From Phaeosaccion multiseriatum (taxonomy: Eukaryota > Protista > Ochrophyta, other classes), in assembly GCA_965112735.1 (NCBI GenBank), contig OZ218951.1, forward strand, positions 4,092,001 to 4,156,000: a DNA stretch of 64,000 nucleotides, read 5' to 3'. Each line of letters begins with the position of its first letter. Positions within the stretch are counted from its first letter, which is position 1. A model generated the notes under the pieces. That model was given only the letters and a program-made list of their open reading frames with translations, made no database searches and was not told the DNA's origin. A program made the position numbers and the translations under genes. Below, one piece after another: positions 10,115 through 21,600 of this stretch.

Positions 10115-12865
10115 GCCGTCCAGCGCTCCTGCTGCTCGTTCAGCTCCCGATACTGATGCACCACATCTCTCGTCGCCAGTTGTAAGGGCCTCAAGTTGGC
10201 CTGAATGTTGAGGGCAATGGTGTAGCTGAGGTCGTTTTGCATGTCCAGGTAGCGGTCCATCGTCTGCTCCATGTGACTCATGTGCAGTCCCAGCCTCATG
10301 TGGGTGGCTTGGGAGGCCCGCAGGGATGTGCTGAGCCCGGAAAGCAGGGATGCTGACGTCACGAACAGAGCCTGGGGTAAGAGTGGCGGGGTCCAGTGTG
10401 TGTGTGTGTGTGAGGGGGGGAGGGGGGAGGTGGCAGGGGGGGGGGGGGCAGACATGTCAACTCGAGGGCTCAGAGAAGTCAAAAGCGTGGTGCAGGGTTC
10501 GCAATCCCCCTACACATCCCCCTCTGCTCTTATCTCCTCTCTCCCCCTTTCCTCTCTTCGTGAACAACAAAACTATATATTAACGGGAGAGTGAAAAAAA
10601 ACTGTTGGAGCCCTCTCCTTCGCTCGCCTCGCCTTTTTTCTTCCTCTCCTCTCCTCTCCTCTCCTCTTCTCTCGCTTCGTCCCCTGCCTCGCATCTCAAG
10701 GTGCTCGATATCTTACCTCGATGTCTTGCAGCATGCTGGCTCCCCAGCGGCCGCTAAACATTGGCCGGATCTTTAAGTAGGGGTTGATCATGCTGACTAT
10801 CACGATTACCCGCCTGTGGCGATACAGCATGTGCGGTTGGTGATACAGCAGTAGCAGTTGGTGATACAGCGCAATGTGCCGCAACCGAAAAGCCCAAACG
10901 ACGCAGAAAAGAAGGCCATGTCACCCAACCATTCCCTCCCTCCCCACCTTCCCTCCCTCCCTCCCTCCCTCCCTCCCTCCCTCCTTACCTAATGTCCCGC
11001 ACGACATTCTTATAAAGCTCAGCGGGACACCTCCTGGCGCTCCACCCATCCGCAAGGCGCAAGACCCGCACCTCCTTAGGGGCGACTTTGGTCAGGGCTG
11101 CACCCCGAGTCACAAGCCCCTCCAGTGTCTTGTTTAGCGTCGCCTGCAAAGTGTCGGTTCGGAAATCCCAGCCCAGGTCGTAGCCCCCTGGGGTGAGTGG
11201 GTGGGTGGGTGAGGTACGTGAGTGGAGTGAGTGAGTCATTGAGTGAGTGTTTGAGTTGGTTGCTCTTTCTCTCTTTCACTCACGCACTCAAAAGCTATGC
11301 ACATTAAAGTACATGACAGGGCAAAGGGCAAAGGCAAAGGCTCAGGCACAGTGTTAGTGTGTGTGTGTGTGTGTGTGTGTTTGTGTGTTTGTGTGTGTGT
11401 ATATGAGTGAGTGATGTGCGTGTCTCCCCCTCTCTCTTTCCCTCTCTCTCACACACACACACCTGTGTCGTCAGAAGGGTCCTTCCCCGCTGCCACCCTC
11501 CTTGCTGTCTCCGCAAGGCCCTCCATACCCTTCGCCGTGTCGTCCAGGCTTGTGCACACGAGGGTGAGCAGGCTGCCCTCCACCGACTGAGGGAAGATTA
11601 GCACACTGATTGGGATAGTCCGTCACGTACATTGGAATGTAAGGAGTGTGTGCGTGCGTGTGTGAGAGAGAGAGTGAGAGTGACCCCACGAGCGAATGTA
11701 CTCACTCACTCACTCACTCACTCACTCACTCACTCACTCACCAGGAGAGGCCTCCAAGCACAAAGCCTAACAGTATTCCCAGAAAGCGTGTCAGCGCAAT
11801 CTTGGGAGAGCCTTCCAGCATGGCCATGTAGACCTTACAACCCATGGCAGGGAAGGATGGCAGCCAAAGGAAAGGAGGGAGGATGAAGGATGGAAGGACG
11901 GGTCGATGGCGTGAGTGGGCTTTGTAAACAATGTCAGGGCGTCTCCTCCCAATGAGGAACACAAGTCCACAGTCCACAGTTTGTTTGTGGGGAATGAGCC
12001 ACCTTGCGTGATGTACTACTCACTCACTCATTCACTCAGAAACTCACCAGGCCGAAGGTGAGGGCCCCTACTACGACGACGTACGAGTTCACCTTCATGA
12101 AAGCTGTATGCCGCACAAAGCCCATCCACAGGAAGAAGAACACGAAGAGCAGCGCGGCGTGGGCTGAGGTGGGGCCCGGCTCGTTCTCTGTTTCGAGGGA
12201 GTGGAGTGGAGGAGAGGAGAGGATAGGAGAGGAGGGGAGAGGAGAGGAGACGAGGGGAGAGGAGAGGAGAGGAGAGGAGAGGAGACGAGGGGAGAGGAGA
12301 GGAGAGAAGAGGAGAGGAGAGGAATGAGTGGAGATCGGCGAGGCAAGAAGGCAGATGGAAGACGGCTGCAGAGGCCTACTCTATGATGTTATGACTAAGG
12401 AACACTTACTTTGTCCGATGAAAGGCCACCCAAGAGCAACGGCAAAAAGGCCTCCGACAACAGTCCCTAATACCCTATTCACTCCCTTAATCAGGCTTTC
12501 CACCGCTGTTGGCTCTTGCACCAGTATGGCGGTGATTAAGATCCAAGACGAAGTCCCTGCTGTGACCTGGGGGCAGTACCAGGGGCAGCAGCGGAAGCAG
12601 CAACATCAGACTTCGAGGAAGAGAGCAGAGGAATATGGTGAACAGGTAAGCGAGTGCAGCGCTTCATCCCAGTATAGTAGCTCACCTTGTTGTTTGCCAA
12701 AAGTGGAATCCACGTGAAGCAGCCCGCGAGAACGGCAGCGGACGCCACTCTTATGCCCATCTTTCGCTCGACTGTAAGCCATGCGAAAGCCGGGTACCTG
12801 CTCCAACTTTCCTGCTTCCCAAACCGCGCGGTCCAGTGGGTAGAGGACCCCGGGGAAGAGAGCAT
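8500..12865 (-). CDS. ALMT/FUSC-type (aluminium-activated malate transporter family) membrane protein, multi-exon, with a long Q/E-rich insertion
   Basis: Spliced exons read MGIRVASAAVLAG | WILITAILVQEPTAVESLIKGVNRVLGTVVGGLFAVALG | LFVFFFLWMGFVRH...VVVGALTFGL | ALTRFLGILLGFVLGGL, matching ALMT N-terminal TM motifs (W..T...E.T..G..R..GT). The 3' end is uncertain. Confidence 0.75.
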
Positions 12866-13114
12866 CGGAAGGAGGCAGCGGACGAAGCACGAGCACGAAA
12901 CCGTGTGGAGTGATCAGGATGTGAGCGTGTTGGTGCTCTGCCGGTCACAGCTGTGGGACCGATTTTTTTTTTTTTCCCTTCTTTCCTCTTCCCTTTTTCA
13001 TTAACAATAACTTGAAAGAGATATATACATAAGCGAGAGAGTGGGATGTCAGCTATCAGCTGTCGTGCTCTCTGTGACTCTCCTCTCCCTTTTGTTGGGT
13101 CTTGCTTCGCTCGT

Positions 13115-15518
13115 TCAGTCCTCCTTGGTTGCTTGAGGTGGCCGTGTTGGGTGCTGTGTGTACAGCGCTTTGCCCTCATAGTAGAAGCGCCGCACCTGCA
13201 GAGAGGGAGAAAGACAAGACAGAGAGAGGAGGGATGGAGAGCGAGGGGGGGAGAGAGGGGGAGAGAAATGCAGAGAGAGGGAGGAGAGAGAAAGGAGAGA
13301 GAGGGAGAGAGAATAGGTGGGAGGTGAGGGGATAGGAGAGAGGAGGGGGAGGAGAGGAGAGGAGAGGAGAGGAGGGGGAGGAGACGAGAGGAGAGGGGAG
13401 GGGAATAGAGAAGAGGGGATGAGGGGAGGGGAATAGAGAAGAGTTGATGGGGGGAGGGGAATAGAGAAGAGGGATGAGGGGAGGGGAATAGAGAAGAGGG
13501 TAAATGGAGGGGAATAGAGAAGAGGGGATGAGGGGAGGGGAATAGAGAAGAGGGGATGAGGGGAGGGGAATAGAGAAGAGGGTAAATGGAGGGGAATAGA
13601 GAAGAGGGGATGAGGGGAGGGGAATAGAGAAGAGGGGATGAGGGGAGGGGAATAGAGAAGAGGGGATGAGGGGAGGGGAATAGAGAAGAGGGATGAGGGG
13701 AGGGGAATAGAGAAGAGGGTAAATGGAGGGGAATAGAGAAGAGGGTAAATGGAGGGGAATAGAGAAGAGGGGATGAGGGGAGGGGGATAGAGAAGAGGGA
13801 TGAGGGGAGGGGAATAGAGAAGAGGGTAAATGGAGGGGAATAGAGAAGAGGGATGAGGGGAGGGGAATAGAGAAGAGGGGATGAGGGGAGGGGAATAGAG
13901 AAGAGGGGATGAGGGGAGGGGAATAGAGAAGAGGGGATGAGGGGAGGGGAATAGAGAAGAGGGGATGAGGGGAGGGGAATAGAGAAGAGGGTAAATGGAG
14001 GGGAATAGAGAAGAGGGGATGAGGGGAGGGGAATAGAGAAGAGGGATGAGGGGAGGGGAATAGAGAAGAGGGTAATTGGAGGGGAATAGAGAAGAGTTGA
14101 TGGGGGGAGGGGAATAGAGAAGAGGGATGAGAAGAGAGGGTTACCCGCTCACCTCGTTCTGAACCCACTCTGGCTTGTCAGGGACGTAGTTCCAGAGGAT
14201 GAGTATGGCAATGAAAATCACATGCTCTAGACCAAAGCACAGACCCACTGCATATCTGCGCATGGAGGGGGGGGGGGAGGGGGGGGGCAGGGGCAGCAGC
14301 TTCGGGGGTGAGGGATGTGGGGAGGGGGAGAACAAGACAGGGAGAGAGGGAGAGAGGGAGAGATAAGAGAGAGGGAGAGGAGGGAGGGAGGGAGAGGAGG
14401 GAGAGGGAACGAGAACGAGAGAGGGATAGATGAAGAGAGAGAGGGAGGGGAAGAGAGCGTAGGAGGCGAAGCGCAGGCTCACGAGGAGGTGGAGGAGAAG
14501 AAGGCAGAGGACCACAGCCTTGACTCGAGAGGGAGTGGTACAAACCCTTCCCTCTCTCCTCCCACCCCCTCTTCCGAGCCCCCCCCCCCCTCCCCTCTCC
14601 TCTGCTGACCCCACCTCACCCACCTTCCCATGCCTGACTCGAAGTCCTGATCTACGCCCACCTCGTCCGGGCGGAACAACTCGGGCATCCACTGCATCAT
14701 CTGCTCACAGGAAGCAAGGTTTGGTTTCAGTTGTCAGTTTCAGTTTCGAGTGTCCGCGTCTGTTTCAGTTTCAGTTTGTTCAGTTCGACCTTCGACATCA
14801 GGACCGATGACAAGGAGAGATTATTCACCTGCTCTGAGGTGAGGCCGAACAGAAGACAATTGGTCAGCACGGATAACCAACACATACAGTCCATCACGCC
14901 CGCCCACGCCCCGATGGTTGCTGTCCGCTCCACCGGGGGCCGCCGAAAGACAAAGGTCAGATGCACATGATCTGACTTGATCTCCACGTAGGTCGCGAGG
15001 ACGCTGACCAAGGCGGCCTGAGAGGAGGGCGGGGGAGAGGGGGAGGAAGAGAAGGAGGGAGAGAAGGAGGGAAGGAGGGGGGGAGGGAGGGAGGGGAGAA
15101 GAGCGGGAGGGGAGGAGAGGGGGAAGGGAGGGAGGGAGGTGGAGTTGTTTTGTGTGGAGGCCTAGAAACAAAGGAAGCAAGCTCCCCTCCTCCCGCTGCC
15201 TTCCATTGCCTTCCTTGTCCTACCCCGGCCCTCCCTCCCTCCCTCCCACCCCATCCCACCCCCATCTCCCTCCCTCCCTCCCTCCCTCCCTCCCTCCCTC
15301 CCTCCCTCCCTCCCTCCCCCCCTCCCTCCCCCCCTCCCTCCCTCCCCTTACCAAAGGAAATGCTGAGGCAAAGAGTGTAACGTATCCGAACTGAATGATC
15401 ATCTCCAAGTAGTCATCAAAGGCCTGAAGGATGGCAGTGGACGGAGTAGGAGGGGGAAAGGGGGAGAAGGAGAAGGAGGAGGGAAGGGTGTGAGGGAGGC
15501 GGGAAGAGAGAGAGAGAG

Positions 15519-15558
<40 letters not shown>

Positions 15559-18500
15559 CTGAGAACAAAGGAACGAAAGAACGAAGGAAGGAACGACCCA
15601 CCTCAGTCCCGACACCCATGACCGCACGTACCTCATATTCATCACTCTGAAGGTCCACCGCCAGCCCGCCCGTGCCGCTCGCCTTCTTCTTGATCATCTC
15701 CTTCACGCCCCCCTCCTCGTCCTTGGCGGCGAGGGACTGCAGCAGCACGGGGAGGACGGTCTCGAGGAACACGCGTCGGAAGGAGTCCACCATGTACAGA
15801 GAGAGGATCTCGCTGCGCAGACGCGTAATCTCAAACTGGGGCGGGGGCCGAGGGGAGGATGTTTGTTTGTTTGGTTGGTTGTTTGTTTGGTTGGTTGTTT
15901 GTGTACGCACACGCACCCACGCATACTCGCACCCATCCATTGACATACTGTACCCACCTGGAAGAAGGCGATGTAAAAGAGACATACGTACGCGTCGAAG
16001 GCTTCGAAGAGGAAGCGCTTCACGAGCAGGGCCTGTTCCCAGTCCTCTTGCGTGCGGTGGTTCTCGTAGTTGGTGAGCTTGGTGGCAACGGTGCGATAGA
16101 TCCTTGCGGCACAGGAGAGAAGGAGGGAGGGAAGGAGAGTTGAGAGTGGGATCAACGAAGGAACGATGAAACGTTGAAGGACTGGATCCCGTCCTCCCTC
16201 CCCTCCCCTTACTTGTTGAAGGACTGGATCCCGTCCTCTCTCCCTCTCCCCTTACTTGTTGAAGGACTGGATGACAAGCACGTGCACAATGGTGCTACCG
16301 AGACTCTTGGGTATGAAGCCCAACCACACCCCCTCGGGGTCCAGCACGCCCCCCGGGGAAGTGAGGCTGGCGAGCTGTTCAATGTACATGCTCTGCTCCA
16401 GCCAGTTCTTGTTCTTGGTGTAACCCTGCATCAGCAACAGGGGCAGCAGCAGGAGCAGCAGCAGCAGCCGTTGGTGATCTAACAGCAAAAGCAGCGGCAG
16501 AAGAGTTGGTTGATGCAGCAGCAGCACCAGTAGCAGCAGCTGAAAAACGAGGAGCGAAAAAGCGACACAGAAACTGAAACAACGGAGCACAGCACACGTA
16601 ACTCCCTCCCTCCCTCACGCCGTACCTCCAAGTTGAGGCAGCACATGAGAGCCACCGCGGCGAGGCACAGCATGAGGCCCGTGACAGCCACAGAAACCAT
16701 GTAGCGGGGCAAGCGGGCGAGGCGCGAGAAGTACCTCTCCTGCCTGCCCGTGATGAAGGATGTCACCAGCGCCCCCTCGAACTCGGGCCGCACAGCCACC
16801 TGTTACGTAAGTAGGTACGTAAGTAGGTACGTAAGTAGGTACGTAAGAGTTAGTGAGTCTCGACTCTGACGAAAAATGTCTCCGACGCTAGCTAAAGGGG
16901 GATAAGCGGGATAAGAAAAGGAAGGAAGTACACACACACACGTCTCGAGCCTAAGCCTAACAACACAACACAACACAATACACCTCGAGGCTGTTGCTCT
17001 CCAGAAGAGTGCCCCACCGCCAGGCCCACTCCGACGACGTCCTGAGGGGATGGCAGTGTGTGTGTGTGTGGGGGGGGGGGGTGAGAGAGGAGTGCAGAGC
17101 AGACCAAAGCGAGAGAGAGGGGAAGAGAGGTAGAGAAGAGAGGGAGAGGGAGAGAGGCGGAGGGAGTTGGAGAGAGAAGAGAAAAGAGAGACACCGACAG
17201 CGATTGCACCACCTCACCCACCTCTTCCAGTACTTCTGAAAGCCGGCGGACCTGTACATGGGTAGGGTAGAGCATAGAGGACGGGGTGGGGGGTGGGTGG
17301 GCACGAGGCCAGCTTGATTAGTATCACGATGAGAAGCAAACAAGGCTAGCGCAGTATACGCTAGAGAGGGAGAGAGAGTCTCCGAGAGAGAGGGAGAGAG
17401 GGAGGAAGAGAGAGACAGACAGAGAGAGAGAGAGAGAGAGAGAGGAGACGCGGAGAGAGAGGGAGCCCTTACCAGAAGATGACCGCCAAGGTGAAGAGCG
17501 GTGCCCACTCGTCGTCGTCCACGCTCTTGCCCGACACGTACACACGGTGAAGGCTGAGCAGCAGCCCCAAACAGGCGGGGAAGGACAGCCACTTGAGGTA
17601 AAAGACGAGCCAGGCGAAGTAGAATGCCCTGGAGGGACCGAAGCTGGTGTTTATGTGGAGGGCAAAGGGGAGAAAGGGGTGGGTGGGTGATGAGAAGCAA
17701 TGCAGGAGGAGCGACCCAAGCCAATGGGGGGGGGGGGGAGGAAGGGGTGGATGGGTTGAGAGCGCGCGGTACGTGAGTGGCGTGAGGGGATGGAGACAGG
17801 GACGGGAAAATACTCAACTATTCGTTGATGGCATGGAGGTCTGGAAGACCCCAGCCGTTGCACGAATTTTGCCAGCAGGTCATTCGGTCTTCGTCGGAGT
17901 GTAGAGGCATGATGTTATCAATCGCCTCGGCGTCCAGCAACGCGCGAACTTGACTGGAGACATGCAGCACGCTCTCGCCCACTCCGTCGGGGAGCGTATC
18001 GAGAAGCTTGACGAAGGCCTTCCGGTCCTCGCCTTGGACGTTGTCCACGATGCTCTGCAGGAGGTACATCTCTTCAGCAGGGGTCAAGGGAGGGAACTCA
18101 TCCTCGTTCTCGTCCTCTTCCTGCTGTTGCTTCTTCATGCTATAGACGACCATGCGGCCCCGCTTGTTTCTCCGGATGAGTCGTAGAAGAACAGCCTCTT
18201 GTTGAAGCTCTGCGCGAGAGGCCCTCACCACGAGAGCTGCAGGCGCTCCGTCCTTATCCTCGTCCTCGTCCTCGTCGTCGTCCTCGTCCCCACTCCCTCT
18301 TCCTTTGCGCCAGTCTCCGCTTGTGTCCCCATCGCGCAGCTGTGACTTGACATCGAGGCCTGCCTTCCGCAGCGTGCGCCTGAGGAGTGTCCAGTTGAGG
18401 GGTGGAGGTTAATCCAGTTTGTTCGACACCTGCTCAGCCAACGGCAACCCACCTGAGGAAGTAGAGCACATCCCTACTCGCAGTGGGGCTCAGCACGATA

Positions 18501-18613
18501 GCCAGTGAGGTGTTCCACACTGGGCGATTGCTTGAGCTGTCCCTCCTCTCCTGATCAGCAGCCATGGCGCTCTCAGGCTGGGAGAGTTGAGGATAGAGTT
18601 CCGGAGGAGCCAT
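13115..18613 (-). CDS. Anoctamin/TMEM16 (ANO10-like) Ca2+-activated channel/scramblase, multi-exon
   Basis: Exons encode VRPEFEG, LTNYENHRT..WEQALLVKRFLFEAFDAY..LFYIAF, FDDYLEMIIQFGYVTLFASAFPL, EIKSD, RRP....IGAW, FGLEH; last exon 13195-13115 reads VRRFYYEG...TKED*. Confidence 0.93.
13400..14135. repeat. Purine-rich ~25-28-bp minisatellite in the last anoctamin intron
   Basis: Tandem units ggggaatagagaagaggggatgagggga alternating with ggggaatagagaagagggtaaatgga. Confidence 0.95.
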
Positions 18614-18683
18614 GGATTGCCATCTGGCCTTCTCAACTGTTTTACTTTCGGGAAACACTGATATCTATTTTATACGGAGAGAC

Positions 18684-21600
18684 ATGGCTCCCGCCGAAAC
18701 AACTTCGGCTAGGGGAGAAGCGGGAGATAAATTACCAGGAGCAGCAGCACCCGCAAGCACCAGTCCCGGCTCCCCGGAGGAGACTGAAGTCCAGGAGGAT
18801 GTTTACTCGATGTCCTCGACGGAGGCGGCAAAGTACAGCGAAGTAAGGGAGGGAGGGAGGGAGGGAGGGAGGGCATGCAATGGAGATGTTGCAGCCTTAT
18901 GCCTGCTGTCTTGGTTTCCCTCCCTGTGAGAGCTCTTTAGTCACTTGGCTCATTGCTCATCGTCAACCACCCTGAATCCTCTTACTCTCCGTGCTTGATG
19001 CGCCTTCATTCCAAAGGTGTTCGCTCGGCTGGACACCGACAACAGTGGCTTCATCTCGGGATCCGAGGCCGTGGTGCTCTTCAAGAAGTCCGCCCTGCCC
19101 CGCGACAAGCTCGCGGCCATCTGGGCACTCGCTGACCAGGACAAGGACGGGAAGTGAGTATTCGTGAGTGAGTGAGTGAGTGAGTGAGTGAGTGAGTAGG
19201 GACAGTGGATAGCGACCGGCACCGCGAGGAAGGGGAGAGGGTCGGCTGCGTCGTGTGAGCGAGGAGGGAGCGTGTGTGCTGTGTAGCATAGCATGAGAGT
19301 CGGGCGGGTGGGCGAATCGCGTGCTTTCAGACACTTCATTCGCTCAGGCAGTCAGTCAGTCAGTCATTCAGTACTCTATTTTGGTCTTTTCTCTCTCTCT
19401 CTCTCTCTCTCTGTGCGTGTGGGGTGCTTTGCTGCTCACGTGACGAACGTCCTCCTTCCCTATCCTATACATTGATAGGCTGTCGCGCGAGGAGTTCCGA
19501 ATCGCCATGCATCTCATCTTGTGCGTGGGAAAGAAGAAGATGGAGCTGCCCAAGGACGGCACAGTGCCCGCCAGTCTGCGGCTGAAGAAGAAGAAGAAGA
19601 AGAAGGGAAAGGACAAGGCCAACATCAAGACTAAGAACAAGAACTCACAGCAACAGAAGCTGGAGACAGGCAGCAGCGCCGCAAAGCCTGGGGCTGGGGC
19701 AGGGGCAGGAGGGGGCTCGCCAGGGAAGAGAAGGCCCCGCCCTTCCGGCAGCAGCACAGCACCAGCACTAGCAGTTGGTGATACAGCAGCAGGCTCGAGC
19801 AAGTACGCCAAGGTGGGCCTGGAGGACGAGGCGGCCGTCCTGAGGATGGGGGGCACAAGTACAGATCGACGGCCCTCGTTGAGGGAAGTGCGGGAGGCAT
19901 CCCTGCTTGGGGAAGTGGATCATAGCGACGCGTACACCATTGGCTGTCCGACCAAGGAGCAGCACGAGCAGCAGCAGCAGCTGCTGCTGCAGCCGCAGGG
20001 CGTGGGAGGAGGAGGGGTGGAGGGAGGGAAGGCTGCTGCTCCGACGGCAACGCGCAAGAGCGGCCAAGGAGGGCAAGGAGGGGAGATGGCAGTGGACGGA
20101 GGAGGGGGTGGTGGTGCCGACGGGGCAGAGGAGCCGCAACCCGAGCAGCAGCAGAGGGAGGGGCCGGAGAAGCCCAAGGAGCCCAAGGAGCCACCCAAGA
20201 AACCCAAGAGGGTGTACGGACACATTCGGCCGGACGGGGTGGACAATGTGCATGTGGAGTCAGCGGCCGCCAAGAAGGCCCTCAGAGACATACAGGTCAG
20301 CAGGTTCGGAGGGTAGGGAGGGATGGCAGTGGATGGGGGGGGGGGGGGGTGGAGGGGGGAGGGGGGAATGGCAGTGCATGGAGGGAGAGGAGGGGGGGAA
20401 GAGGGACGTACATTAGGAGGTCAGGGTAAGGATGGCAGTGGATGGGGGAGTGGAGATGGCTGGAAGGAGGGGGGGTTGTAGTAGGTGGGGTCCGCGATGG
20501 CCAAGAGAAGAGGGTCCTCAGGGACACACACGTGTAGTTAGGGAGGGTAGGGAAGGAAGGAAGGAAGGAAGGAAGGAAGGCAGTGGATGGAGATGTAGCT
20601 TGGTTGTTGTGTGATTGACTGTTTGTATCTGTGCCTGTTTGTTTGTGGCTCAGAAGGTTGCCACGTCATGCTTGGCTCACACGCTGCACTGCCTGTCGTT
20701 TTATCCCCTGCCCTGCCACCCCACCCCATCCCATCCCATCCACTGCCATCCCATCCCATCCACTGCCATCTCATCCCGTCCACTATCACTCCCATCCCAT
20801 CCCATCCCATCCACTATCACTGCCATCCCATCCCGTCGACGGCCATCCCACCCCATCCCATCTCATCCCATCCCATCCACTGCCATCCCATCCCACCCAC
20901 TGCCATCTCATCCCATCCCATCCCATCCACTGCCATCCCATCCCACCCACTGCCATCTCATCCCGTCCACTGCCATCCCATCCCACCCACTGCCATCCCA
21001 TCCCATCCACTGCCATCTCATCCCATCCCATCCACTGCCATCCCATCCCATCCACTGCCATCTCATCCCGTCCACTGCCATCCCATCCCATCCCATCCAC
21101 TGCCATCTCATCCCATCCACTGCCATCCTACCCACCCCGCTCCACCCTCCCACCACACAATAGAGCAATCAAGTGCTGCTGTCCAACTTGGGCTACCTCA
21201 AGACCCAAGAAGAGGACCGAAGGAGAGAGCTTCGCGCCCTGGACCCTGTGGCAGCCGCAGCGGCAAGGAGGGCATCCCTGGACGACCCCAAGCACGCCCA
21301 CTTGGCAGCCCAACCAGGCTTCATTGACTTAAATGCCCCACCGGGGGCAGGGGGGAAGGCGGCGACTGGTCCAGGATCGGCGGTGGCCAACTTTCGAGGA
21401 GGAAGGGGGGGTGGGCGAGGGGCGGGAGGAGGGAAGGGGAGAGGCAGAGGGAGAGGGGGGCGACGAGGCGGGAGGGGCGGGAGGGGTGGCGGAAGGGGAG
21501 GGGCCCAGCAGGGTCAGGATGCAGGCCCGGTTTTACCGCCAGGAGGTACGTAAGCTGAAACCTGAGAAGCTGAGACCTGAGACTGAACAAGCTGGAACTG

